From contig JALNZE010000016.1 of assembly GCA_023229465.1 (NCBI GenBank), positions 1,442 to 65,441 on the forward strand: a stretch of 64,000 nt of DNA, in the 5' to 3' direction. The notes under the pieces are model-generated. The model had not been told where the DNA came from and did no database searches. It was given only the letters and a program-made list of their open reading frames with translations. Below, in pieces: positions 1-9,056 of the stretch. How positions within the stretch are numbered: position 1 is the first letter of the stretch; every line of letters begins with the position of its first letter. The position numbers were made by a program, and so were the translations under genes. This stretch comes from Chitinophagaceae bacterium. Its GTDB lineage: Bacteria; Bacteroidota; Bacteroidia; Chitinophagales; Chitinophagaceae.

Positions 1-401
1 AACACATCAAAACAAACATATTCTTTCCCTTTCTGAAAACCGGAAACCGTATTAATAAAAGGCAAATAGAAAAGATTGCATTGTGCTTCTTTAAAAACAA
101 TGGTTCCGAGTCCGCGAATTGAATAAGAAGGATCGTTTTTAAGAACAATATGTATCCCTAAGTATTGTTTTTTACTGGTAAAAAGGCAGGTACAATCCTC
201 CTTAATCCTATAAATGCTATAACATATCTTAAAATCGCCTAAGTCTATCTGCTGATATAGCACTTTCCCAAAGTGCCCATGTGCATATTTTATGGTACTT
301 CCCTTTATCCGAAAGTTTTTGAATTCGTCCGGAATCTCAGACAATTGCCTGAGATCATAGATGCGCTCATCAATGCTGAGTTTTCCTATTGAGTCCGGCA
401 T
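1..401 (-). CDS. Partial CDS (first ~133 aa; continues past the window start), possibly the N-terminal domain of an AraC-family regulator
   Basis: Absent from the ORF track because it runs off the edge. Hand translation of the minus strand from ATG 401..399 is stop-free to position 1 (MPDSIGKLSIDERIYDLRQLSEIPDEFKNF...GLGTIVFKEAQCNLFYLPFINTV...). The layout resembles N-termini of Bacteroidota AraC-type regulators. The diagnostic HTH region would lie outside the window. Confidence 0.35.
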   Translation of the reverse strand, partial: MPDSIGKLSIDERIYDLRQLSEIPDEFKNFRIKGSTIKYAHGHFGKVLYQQIDLGDFKICYSIYRIKEDCTCLFTSKKQYLGIHIVLKNDPSYSIRGLGTIVFKEAQCNLFYLPFINTVSGFQKGKEYVCFDV

Positions 402-407
402 TTCACT

Positions 408-848
408 TTAATTATAGCTGGGAGCAGCAACAGTATTGACCAGCATGGTACATGAACTACAGGAACAGTCCAGTGTTACATCGCCGCTATTACTGATAAT
501 TGTTTTCACCTGACAATTACAATCAGTGCCACTACACGTCACGCTACTCAAAGCTAATGCCTGACCGTTGAGGTATTGTTGTTGCAGTATCACATTGCTG
601 GTACACTTGTTAGATTTATAAAAAACAAATGCATAACTTTTGTTTTTGGAATCAATATATGAGACACTTTCAATTCTTTCCAGTTTCTCGCCTGGCGAAC
701 GCTGGTCAAGTACCATTTGTATTTTCTGCAACGCTTCCGTATCATTTTTAAAAAAAATAGTCCGTGAAACAGCAGGTAATTGCGGATTGTTTTCTTTTTG
801 ACAGGCCGTAAGGACCAGAATACCTGCAACGATAAATAGCATTTTCAT
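408..848 (-). CDS. Small lipoprotein with a Cys/Ser/Thr-rich C-terminus
   Basis: Signal peptide plus lipobox (MKMLFIVAGILVLTAC). The C-terminal ~45 aa carry 7 Cys (CSGTDCNCQ...LDCSCSSCT). Confidence 0.6.
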   Translation of the reverse strand: MKMLFIVAGILVLTACQKENNPQLPAVSRTIFFKNDTEALQKIQMVLDQRSPGEKLERIESVSYIDSKNKSYAFVFYKSNKCTSNVILQQQYLNGQALALSSVTCSGTDCNCQVKTIISNSGDVTLDCSCSSCTMLVNTVAAPSYN

Positions 849-1037
849 AGCTTGGATTTTGAATAGTTAAAAATGTTTCCGGTTTGTCCGGATGCCGCTT
901 AAAACTGTTCAAATCCAATAGCTGCAAAGGTCTCTGTTGTGGGTGCGTTCAGAATCGCTGTGAATTGGTTGGTATTGGCCATTAATCGGTTTTTTCATAA
1001 AATGACAATTGTGTATATTTAACCCACAATATCTTGT

Positions 1038-2594
1038 TTGAAAAAGCTGTTACTATATAATTGCCTTCTGCTTTGTTGTGCCCTTTCAACAAGATCCCAA
1101 AATGGTAATACGTCTGTTATTACTTATATCGCTGAAATACCTATTATCATTGAGTCTGGTCTATATATAGACACCCTGACAAATGGAAAAATATTAAACA
1201 CAATTTCCGGGAAAATCAGAATTGCGTTGGCTCCAAGGAATATCTCCATTTTAAGTGATCAATATTTTAAAATTGCGAACCCGATAAATAAGCAGCAGCT
1301 TCCAGGAATTGAATACCGTTACTTTATAAATGACCAGTCCAATAACCATTGGTTTTCTTTGCCGCATCAGGATACTGACGCTACAAAATTTCCATACTCA
1401 GGGTTGCTCGCAGATACATTCATTCGTGCCAATGAAAAATTGGTGATACAATTCAGGTATAAATGGAATCAAAAAATTATACAGCAAAATGTCTTCAGCC
1501 GACCTGAGTTACTTCCATCTATTTTTAGTTACCGGCAAAAAGAACAGTTTGATTCGCTCGACAACCGTATCCAATCAAAGGCAGTAAAAGACAGCAAAAA
1601 GCTATTGGCTGGTTTTGATACTTTAAAGGAAAGCAGGTTAACCGTATTACCCGGTAAACATCTTGAATTCCTGTTTAAAAAACTTTCTTTAAATAAAGAT
1701 TCCTGTATCCAGTTTCGCTTACGGGAAATAAAGAACCAAGAAAATACCGCATGGAAGCTAACGGGACACTTGCTCACATTGAATACGATTACGGCAAATA
1801 ATACATACATCCTTGAGGTAAAATACCTGGGTATGGATGCATTTAACACTTACCGGATTAATGCACTGCCCTTTTGGTATCAGACATCATGGGCGATGAT
1901 ACTATTTATCATACTGGGAGTGGTTGCCCTGATAGGATTACCTTATAGTTTTTACATATACAAACTGAGAAAAGAAAAACAAAAAATAGCGCAGGTACAG
2001 GAGCAGCTTAAAACAGTACAAAGCCAGTTGAATCCGCATTTTGTTTACAATGCCCTAAGTTCGATAGAAGGACTGGTTACCAATAAGGAAAATGAAAGGG
2101 CCAATGAATACCTTGCTTCCTTTTCAGATATTATGCGGGATACTCTTAAAAACAGTGGTGTATTGTTCATTAGCTTATCGCAGGATATTGAGATGCTTGA
2201 AAAATATATCCGCATTGAACAGTTGCGTTTTGAATTCAAATACACAATGTATTTAGATCCGCGGCTTGACCTTGATGCGATAGAGTTCCCTCCTATGCTT
2301 TTGCAGCCTTCTATAGAAAATGCAGTAAAGCATGGCATTTCCGGGTTAGGCAGTGAGGGTGTTATCTCAATTTGTTTTCATAAAAAAGAAACGACCCTTG
2401 AAATAACCATAAAAGACAATGGAGTAAAAAGAGATAGCAAGATCAAAGATGGACATGGATATGGCATAAAATTTACCAATGAGCGGATTAATAATTTGAG
2501 AAAATTATACAAGAAAGAAAAAATAGAATACCAATTGTTTCACTCAGAAAATGGCACAATTGTTACCTTCCTTTTTGAAAACTGGATACAATAA
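1038..2594 (+). CDS. LytS/YehU-type sensor histidine kinase with a large N-terminal extracytoplasmic domain
   Basis: TTG start, signal-like N-terminus and a TM segment (WAMILFIILGVVALIGLPYSFYIY). His_kinase box QLNPHFVYNAL and an HATPase_c-like C-terminus (ENAVKHG...DNG...GYG). Confidence 0.85.
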   Translation: MKKLLLYNCLLLCCALSTRSQNGNTSVITYIAEIPIIIESGLYIDTLTNGKILNTISGKIRIALAPRNISILSDQYFKIANPINKQQLPGIEYRYFINDQSNNHWFSLPHQDTDATKFPYSGLLADTFIRANEKLVIQFRYKWNQKIIQQNVFSRPELLPSIFSYRQKEQFDSLDNRIQSKAVKDSKKLLAGFDTLKESRLTVLPGKHLEFLFKKLSLNKDSCIQFRLREIKNQENTAWKLTGHLLTLNTITANNTYILEVKYLGMDAFNTYRINALPFWYQTSWAMILFIILGVVALIGLPYSFYIYKLRKEKQKIAQVQEQLKTVQSQLNPHFVYNALSSIEGLVTNKENERANEYLASFSDIMRDTLKNSGVLFISLSQDIEMLEKYIRIEQLRFEFKYTMYLDPRLDLDAIEFPPMLLQPSIENAVKHGISGLGSEGVISICFHKKETTLEITIKDNGVKRDSKIKDGHGYGIKFTNERINNLRKLYKKEKIEYQLFHSENGTIVTFLFENWIQ

Positions 2595-2598
2595 ACTT

Positions 2599-3345
2599 AT
2601 GAGAGCAATTATCATCGAAGACGAAAAAAAGAACATCATCCATCTGCGGGGGCTATTGACCACGTTTTTTAAACAGGTGGAAATCATCGGAGAAGCAACA
2701 ACTGCGGAGGAAGGGCTAAAACTTATTGCCGGGGTCAACCCTAACCTGGTCTTTCTCGATATTCAAATGCCCGGAAAATCAGGATTTGACATGCTCGCTT
2801 CATTGGGGGAATATAATTTCGAAGTGATATTTGTAACCGGTTACGACCAGTACGGAATACAGGCCGTAAAATTTTCAGCATTGGATTATTTGTTAAAACC
2901 CGTAAAAGTCAACGAATTGGCAAAAGCGATAGCAAAAGCTGAGGCCAAAAAACAAAAAAGGCAGACCCATGAGCAGATCATCAATTTACTCACTGTTATC
3001 AATAATTCACAAAAAACTGACCATCGTATTGCATTGCCATTAATGAAAGAGCTCCGGTTTGTAAGCCCTGATGAAATTATCAGGTGTGAATCTGATAATA
3101 ACTATACAAACTTTTACCTTACCAGTGGTGAAAAGCTGCTTGTTTCAAAAGGTATTTATGAATATGATGAAATGCTAAAGGATTATCATTTTATACGTTG
3201 TCATCAATCACATCTTGTAAACAGAAAATTTATAAAGAGCCTGCTAAAAGAAGATACTATTTTCGAATTGCTGCTGGTAGATGGTTCCCGTATTCCTGTT
3301 TCGCGATTGAAGAAGGATATGGTGAAAGAAGAATTGATGAAGTAA
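2599..3345 (+). CDS. LytTR-family response regulator
   Basis: Receiver domain (MRAIIIEDE...VFLDIQMPGKSGFD...YLLKP) and a C-terminal LytTR domain (IRCESDNNYTNFYL...HQSHLVN). The ATG at 2599 lies 4 nt after the kinase stop. The track ORF start at 2551 is an upstream extension. Confidence 0.9.
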   Translation: MRAIIIEDEKKNIIHLRGLLTTFFKQVEIIGEATTAEEGLKLIAGVNPNLVFLDIQMPGKSGFDMLASLGEYNFEVIFVTGYDQYGIQAVKFSALDYLLKPVKVNELAKAIAKAEAKKQKRQTHEQIINLLTVINNSQKTDHRIALPLMKELRFVSPDEIIRCESDNNYTNFYLTSGEKLLVSKGIYEYDEMLKDYHFIRCHQSHLVNRKFIKSLLKEDTIFELLLVDGSRIPVSRLKKDMVKEELMK

Positions 3346-3411
3346 ATAAGTAAGAACCTAATTATAGCAATATGTAATTAATTGTAAACTGGGTACTGCA
3401 TTTAAATGTAG

Positions 3412-4029
3412 TTAATTATGATTGCTTTCCTTACCCAGGGATTTTCTGATCTGGTACAGATGCCTGTTAGCAAACAGCCATTCGAGCAGGTGTTTGTTCT
3501 CCCGGATATAATCAAAATACTGTTCATCCTCGTAGAAGCCTGAATCCAGTTCCTCGAAAAAATGGAGTTTCGGCGCATAAATCTTTGTTTTTTCGTGGAA
3601 AGGTATGTGTTCGAAGAACAGGTCAAGTGGTTCGGGATATGACAGGTTAAGAATTTTCACTAAAGAGTAGCTGATTTGCCCCTGACCAGTCAGATAATAA
3701 GTCTCATACAGGTGAGTACGCGTGATCTTGTTTTTAAGGAACCCCAGCGAAGTAATACCATACGTCTTGACGAGAGAAAACGGATTGTAAAAAGGCACCT
3801 GTATTTTCACACCCGTGCTTATTTCGCTGCTAAGGGTGATTAAGTAGTCCCCATATAACTGAAAGTGAATACCATGGGTATTGGTATAAACATCCTGATT
3901 TTTCTTTAAAAAATCCAAAACAGTTATCGCAGAAAATTTGACTGGCATAAGCAAATGTATGGTTTTATCTAAATTCTGGTTTTGCCGGACTATGTTTGCT
4001 TTCGTCAGAGTTATCTTATAATCTTGCAT
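3412..4029 (-). CDS. Hypothetical protein (205 aa)
   Basis: Long ORF in AT-rich accessory DNA. No motif recognised. Confidence 0.5.
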   Translation of the reverse strand: MQDYKITLTKANIVRQNQNLDKTIHLLMPVKFSAITVLDFLKKNQDVYTNTHGIHFQLYGDYLITLSSEISTGVKIQVPFYNPFSLVKTYGITSLGFLKNKITRTHLYETYYLTGQGQISYSLVKILNLSYPEPLDLFFEHIPFHEKTKIYAPKLHFFEELDSGFYEDEQYFDYIRENKHLLEWLFANRHLYQIRKSLGKESNHN

Positions 4030-4400
4030 TCACTTAACTCATAAACCCAGGTTTCATAACTGTCTCAACCAATCCATTATCTCAGTTAAAGGGCATTTTT
4101 ATCTTTAAGAACTGATTATTATAGATACATTTTTTCACTTATTTGATTCAATTCTATAGTTGAATGAATACTGAAGTCAGTATGCGTGTTTGATAATTTT
4201 TCGATCTGTTGACAACTTCAAGAGGGACTAAATACTATAAAATCACTACGCCATAAAAAATAAAACACAAATTCAGGGTGTTTTTTAGGTTCAGTTCGAT
4301 GGAGCTACAACTTTATGCATATAAACTCCACTTGTGTTGTTCAAAAACTTTTGCCATTATTAGACTTTTGTTATTTACTTCAATGCAATTTTCATTTAAC

Positions 4401-4853
4401 TTAAGACATTTTTAAGCTTTTTATCGTTTCAATAAAATGCAACCAACCTTCAACACTATCAACAATATCATCTGTTGTTCGACTCCAGGTGTATAAATAC
4501 CAGAAGTTTTCATAGCCAATGTCTAAGGCTTCATCCCTAATCAGTTTAACACTCTCAGGACCACAGCATTCGGCAAACAACCATACTCTATGAACATAAG
4601 CAAGCATTTTTTTACAATAATCAACTTCAACGGCTGTTCTTGTAAGATAGGATTTACAACTTATTACAGCGATAGCTTTATCCTTATTTATAAATCGAAA
4701 GTCCATTATGTGATTATCTCCATCGCTTCCATTCCATTTTTTCTCATGCCCCTTTTTGTGTATTATGATATCACATTCACCGGAACATGACATTGATGCC
4801 TGCCAACATCCTTTGTTCCAGTTCTTCGTGAGTTGCTGAAACTTCAAGTCCAT
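4401..4853 (-). CDS. Hypothetical protein, possible PD-(D/E)xK-like nuclease fold
   Basis: GECDIIIH followed ~35 aa later by AIAVISCKSY, which is D...(E/S)xK-like spacing. The true start may be the internal Met (MSCSGECD, ~4793), because the 5' part overlaps the FecR remnant. Confidence 0.4.
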   Translation of the reverse strand: MDLKFQQLTKNWNKGCWQASMSCSGECDIIIHKKGHEKKWNGSDGDNHIMDFRFINKDKAIAVISCKSYLTRTAVEVDYCKKMLAYVHRVWLFAECCGPESVKLIRDEALDIGYENFWYLYTWSRTTDDIVDSVEGWLHFIETIKSLKMS

Positions 4854-4977
4854 CCAAAGGATGGCTATCTAGCCAGTCGGCCAGTTCTTTTGCCTCGGCA
4901 GGATTAATCCTGTCTTCCAGCTTTTTTAAAGAGAGTTCCCGTATCTGGGAAAGGTTATTTGATACTGCCATATACAC
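4777..4977 (-). pseudogene. Truncated FecR-type anti-sigma factor (only ~45-50 N-terminal residues are FecR-like)
   Basis: MAVSNNLSQIRELSLKKLEDRINPAEAKELADWLDSHP matches the usual FecR N-terminal pattern (L..K.L....E...L..WL). It sits directly downstream of an ECF sigma gene. Full-length FecR proteins are several hundred aa. Confidence 0.5.
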
Positions 4978-5026
4978 AAGGTCAAACGGCAGGTAGCTTT
5001 ACCCTGAGTGGGTAGTAAAATAAATA

Positions 5027-5628
5027 TCAGGGGAGTATAGTCAGGAAGATGGCTGTAAAGTCTTTCAGGCCACCCCGGATGGTTTTCAAAGCTTTGGTTA
5101 CATGGGTTTCCACGGTCTTTTCAGAGATTTGGAGAGTTTCAGCGATCTCCCGCTGGCTCATACCTTGTTCCCTTAACCGGTAAACTATCTGGCATTTTTC
5201 AGGCAGGGTATTAACCAGGGTTTCCAGCCAGTTTTTCAAATCCTCGAATTTCAGTAATTCCAAAGTCCCCATATTAGCGGCAGGGGTATTTTGCCTTATG
5301 TTTTGCTCGATTTTCCTTGTTCTTTCCTGCCTTGCCAGCAGGTTTAAAATGCGATATTTGACCGCCACAATCAGGTAACCGGCAACAGAATTTTGTATAT
5401 CGAGTGTTTCCCTTCTTTCCCAAAGATTCACGAATATATCCTGTATGATATTTTCCGCTTCCCCAGCATCTTCCAGCTTCTTACCAGCCAGGTAAAATAG
5501 CTTTTCCCAAATCGGTTATAGACCTCCGTAAAAGCCGCACGATCCCCCTGCCGGAGCATACGCACCAGCTCGCCATCGGTATATGTCGTGTAGAATTTCA
5601 TGGGAATTTTTATTACAAAATTGGGCAA
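5027..5628 (-). pseudogene. ECF (sigma-70 family) sigma factor interrupted by a frameshift
   Basis: Two track ORFs (5428..5628 and 5027..5431) together form one ECF sigma. Hand reading shows the downstream frame already encodes EKLFYLAGKKLEDAGEAENIIQDIFVNLWERRE upstream of its Met. The frames switch at the homopolymer tract ttttccc (plus strand ~5502..5508). Region 4 HTH: MSQREIAETLQISEKTVETHV. Confidence 0.75.
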
Positions 5629-5773
5629 CCGCTTTCACAGGATAAAATTAGCACAAAGGAAATGACACTGCCAAATCCTTCCTGATTATTAGGCAGTTAA
5701 TTCTTTTGAAAGGCTGCTTTTATATTCCAAAAAACTGAAGTAGTATTACGCCAGCTAATCAATAACTAATTCT

Positions 5774-6718
5774 ATGCAAAGCTCATTTCAGAATTTAATT
5801 AGCATGAAGGCCCACCTGTTATTTTTACATCAACAGGATTCGTTTGACGATGTTGAACTGGTAAAGGAGTTAAGAACACACCCCCTTCATATATACTTGA
5901 TTTGCAAAACACCATGTATAAGGCTTGACAATTCAAAGACAAAAATTACAGACGATAAGATATGTCTCACTTTCTATACGACTATTGGGGGTGTCAGAAA
6001 AGATATTCCGATTGAAACAGTTAATAATAAAAGTTATCTGATAGGTAAAATTGAGAGTGAGTATCCATACAATATAGTAAAGGCGTTCAAACCCGATGGT
6101 TCAGAACATTCTGTTGCTAAAACTCACTTGCTGTTAAAATATCTTGCAGCGCAACAGAATATGTACCTGGATGAATTTGATCTTGAAGTGTTGTATGTAG
6201 GTCAGGCTTTCGGAAAAAATGGTAGTCGTATCACTGTAGACAGACTTAAAACACACGAAAAGGCACAACAAATTTATTTTGATACCCAACAAAAATTTCC
6301 GGATTATGAAGTTTGGTTTTTGGCTTTGACTTTTGAGCCGTTGCTGATGACCATGTTCAAACCATGGGGTGACGTTGACCCTTCTCTGTTCGAAGCTGAT
6401 CTTGAAAAGCAACAAAAACTTGAAGAAACGCCCCTGTCATTCGATCAGCAAATTACCATTGCAGAAGCTGCACTAATCAGATATTTTAATACTTATCAAT
6501 ACAACAAAGAATACCTAAACTTCCCTTTGCCGGAACATGGATCGTATGACGAGTTGTACAATCTTGATTTTAATTCAGCGGGAATCGAGGTAACAACCGA
6601 ATCAATATATACAAAGCTCTGGAGTAAAGATGCAGCACCATCCTTCTATCATTACCGCAGCTATTTCCTTCACAACAATACAGACCGCAAAGCAATGTTG
6701 AAATGGTTTGAGAAATAA
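5774..6718 (+). CDS. Hypothetical protein with GIY-YIG-like motif spacing
   Basis: NMY(131)-x9-YVG(141-143)QAFGKNGSR(152)ITVDR(157)LKTH(161), then AE(231)AALIRYFNTYQYN(244). Compare UvrC-type YVGKA..KRL..Y and E..LI....P.YN. Confidence 0.55.
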   Translation: MQSSFQNLISMKAHLLFLHQQDSFDDVELVKELRTHPLHIYLICKTPCIRLDNSKTKITDDKICLTFYTTIGGVRKDIPIETVNNKSYLIGKIESEYPYNIVKAFKPDGSEHSVAKTHLLLKYLAAQQNMYLDEFDLEVLYVGQAFGKNGSRITVDRLKTHEKAQQIYFDTQQKFPDYEVWFLALTFEPLLMTMFKPWGDVDPSLFEADLEKQQKLEETPLSFDQQITIAEAALIRYFNTYQYNKEYLNFPLPEHGSYDELYNLDFNSAGIEVTTESIYTKLWSKDAAPSFYHYRSYFLHNNTDRKAMLKWFEK

Positions 6719-6894
6719 TTTTCTGCCATTACCGGTTTATGATTTTGGGCCATTGAAAAAAATAACCGGTGTTCATACAAGCATTTTTTCTTTCCCTTTG
6801 CACAGGTTTGAATGAAATTTTTTCAGACAAAATAGGAATGATTTAAAAACAGACAGAAACTAGACTCAAAATACCATAAAAATGATGTTCTTAT

Positions 6895-8460
6895 CTACGT
6901 CCATTTTAGCCTTTCAAGATTTGACTCATATTCAACCAAGCTACTATTAACGAGGTCCTCTGCATCAAAATTTTCATTCTGTTGCTCATTAAACTCGTTG
7001 TCTAGGGGCAGGTGCTCAGCAAATGCAGCTTCTGCAATTTCAACCAGCTTCTTGAACAGATCGTCATAAGATACAAAAATGGTCGGCTCGTCAGAGTTTT
7101 CATCGATGTATAACCCAACTGTATTATTGCCAAAATTCCATTCTGCTTTTTCTAGTGTACTGGCAACTGCATTTTCAGCCTCATCCTCCCAAACCCATTT
7201 TTCTTTTTGTACACCAGTATTTTCATTCGAAAATATCTGCTCATAATAAGGTAGGTCAGATTTCTTCAATTTACTTTTTTCAATAAGTTCTGCCAGTACA
7301 GCAATCGAATTTCGAATCCGACTTCTGCCGATGCCAGATGCCTGAAAGAATCGATCTGAAAAATCAATGTGCTTTGCTTTTTTGAGATAGCTCTCAAAAT
7401 CAATCTTAGTCGGATCGGTAGCTTTTTCCTTCCGCAGAATAAACTTTAAAATATCAAATGCTGCCTGTAGTCCAATCGTTTTAATAATATAGGAATTGCC
7501 GGATGCATTTTGCCACAAATATTTATTGGCCTCTTTTAGATAATTGATGATAGTGTCATAAATAGTCTGGTCTTGACCGGCAATAAAATGGTTACGCAAC
7601 GGTGAGTAGTCCCTTATGCTGGCAATCATATCTCTGCTTCGTCCGGTTAGAAACGACTTTTGTTGCATAACAATCCTATCACGTTTGGGATTGGATGAAA
7701 TCAGGCTGCAAATGCCATCTACAATAGTAGCTGTAGAAATAACCCATTGCTGATCAATCGGTTCATCAAAAAGCTTTTCTACATCCAGGGCTTCAACCCG
7801 AATATGTTGATATAATGGGGAGTTCTCTTTATCAATATTCAATTTCCGTGAAAGAAAAACTGCGAATTTTTCGGGCGTCCAAGCCTTTTCAGGTTCATCG
7901 TCGACATTGTAACCAAACTGTTCCAAAGCAAGGCTTCTATTGACTCGTTTTTGGTTAGAGTTGATAGTTGCAAACAAAAATGCCTGGTAGGAATTGGGTA
8001 AATCAAAATAAACCGAACAAATCAATTGAAGATTGCTGAAACGTTCTTCGTTGGTTACATAGTCAAAAGCATTCAAGCGATGTTGTCCGTCAATGATCGC
8101 CGCAAGTTTCATCTTTTTGGGAATAATCAGTTTGCAAATTCCTGTTTTGCTTTCCTCGATTATTCGCCATCTTTCGCTTGGATCTTTAGTAATGCCCCCC
8201 TGCGGTGTGTAATTGGCCGAAAGGATGATTGAATTGGGGAAAGCCATTTCAACAGAATCAATGTATTTCGCGATATCTTTTAACCGTTTCACATCCTTTA
8301 CACGTTGACTACCCTGTACTTTACCTTCATTATCAACATACCTAAGCGGTTCAGAAAAAGAGATTTCCAGCAACTGTTTGGCAGGAATGGAAATGGCATA
8401 AAAATTCCCCAGTGGTTGTGTTACCTTCAACGCATTTATTTCTAAATAATTTTCTTCCAT
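6895..8460 (-). CDS. DGQHR-domain protein (DndB-like, ParB/Srx fold), long form with an acidic C-terminal extension
   Basis: Literal DGQHR at residues 124-128 (AAIIDGQHRLNAF). Upstream QR motif (GSQRVKDVKRLKDIAKYI) and N-terminal ALKVTQPLGNFYAISIPAKQLL. 521 aa. Confidence 0.85.
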   Translation of the reverse strand: MEENYLEINALKVTQPLGNFYAISIPAKQLLEISFSEPLRYVDNEGKVQGSQRVKDVKRLKDIAKYIDSVEMAFPNSIILSANYTPQGGITKDPSERWRIIEESKTGICKLIIPKKMKLAAIIDGQHRLNAFDYVTNEERFSNLQLICSVYFDLPNSYQAFLFATINSNQKRVNRSLALEQFGYNVDDEPEKAWTPEKFAVFLSRKLNIDKENSPLYQHIRVEALDVEKLFDEPIDQQWVISTATIVDGICSLISSNPKRDRIVMQQKSFLTGRSRDMIASIRDYSPLRNHFIAGQDQTIYDTIINYLKEANKYLWQNASGNSYIIKTIGLQAAFDILKFILRKEKATDPTKIDFESYLKKAKHIDFSDRFFQASGIGRSRIRNSIAVLAELIEKSKLKKSDLPYYEQIFSNENTGVQKEKWVWEDEAENAVASTLEKAEWNFGNNTVGLYIDENSDEPTIFVSYDDLFKKLVEIAEAAFAEHLPLDNEFNEQQNENFDAEDLVNSSLVEYESNLERLKWT

Positions 8461-8462
8461 CT

Positions 8463-8912
8463 TTATCCGTTTTGAAGTGGTCTTTCAGCATTACCACCGA
8501 GTGTTGCATTGATATTAAACGCCGAATTTTTGTAATTAGCAACCCACCACATGATATATGCGGCAACAATTCCGAGAATTGCTAAGCCAGATATTCCTTT
8601 TATTTCTCCTTTAGAATTATAATATAGAATAAAACAAGTCATGATGAGTACAGCCGTGTCGCCGATACAGACAAAAAGAATCGCCATTTTTCGGTATGAG
8701 GCCTGATCATCGAACAACTTCATTACATAATCGAGGCTGGCCGAAAAAAGAATCGCGATAAAATAAGTGACAATATTTTGATTAAAATTTTTAATCGCAT
8801 TAGGGTCGGCGTTCGCCCTATCGAAAACATAAGGTAGGGTCACTCCAATGGAGGCCAAAAAAATAATCGTAAAAAAAAAGTATAGAATAATTGTAATCGT
8901 TCTCATCAGCAA
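8463..8912 (-). CDS. Small integral membrane protein (4 predicted TM helices)
   Basis: Four hydrophobic segments. Its stop lies 2 nt before the DGQHR start. The likely true start is ATG 8906 (MRTITII); the track start is TTG. Confidence 0.7.
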   Translation of the reverse strand: MLMRTITIILYFFFTIIFLASIGVTLPYVFDRANADPNAIKNFNQNIVTYFIAILFSASLDYVMKLFDDQASYRKMAILFVCIGDTAVLIMTCFILYYNSKGEIKGISGLAILGIVAAYIMWWVANYKNSAFNINATLGGNAERPLQNG

Positions 8913-9056
8913 GTAGTTATAAATAAAAATGTATTTCTAACAATAAATGGTGCCACAATTTTTTTGGGGGAGTGGCAGATCAGAATGCGTTCGCTCAAGA
9001 TATTGTGTTTTAGTAAAAAAGCGATTGCGCATTGTTAGTCTTTTCATTCCCGAAAA

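Noticed and set aside
6719-6894. The accggtt...aaccggt inverted repeat between the convergent GIY-YIG-like and DGQHR genes, considered as a bidirectional terminator.
   Set aside because: It has a 7-bp stem with a ~25-nt loop and no flanking T/A runs. This is not convincing.
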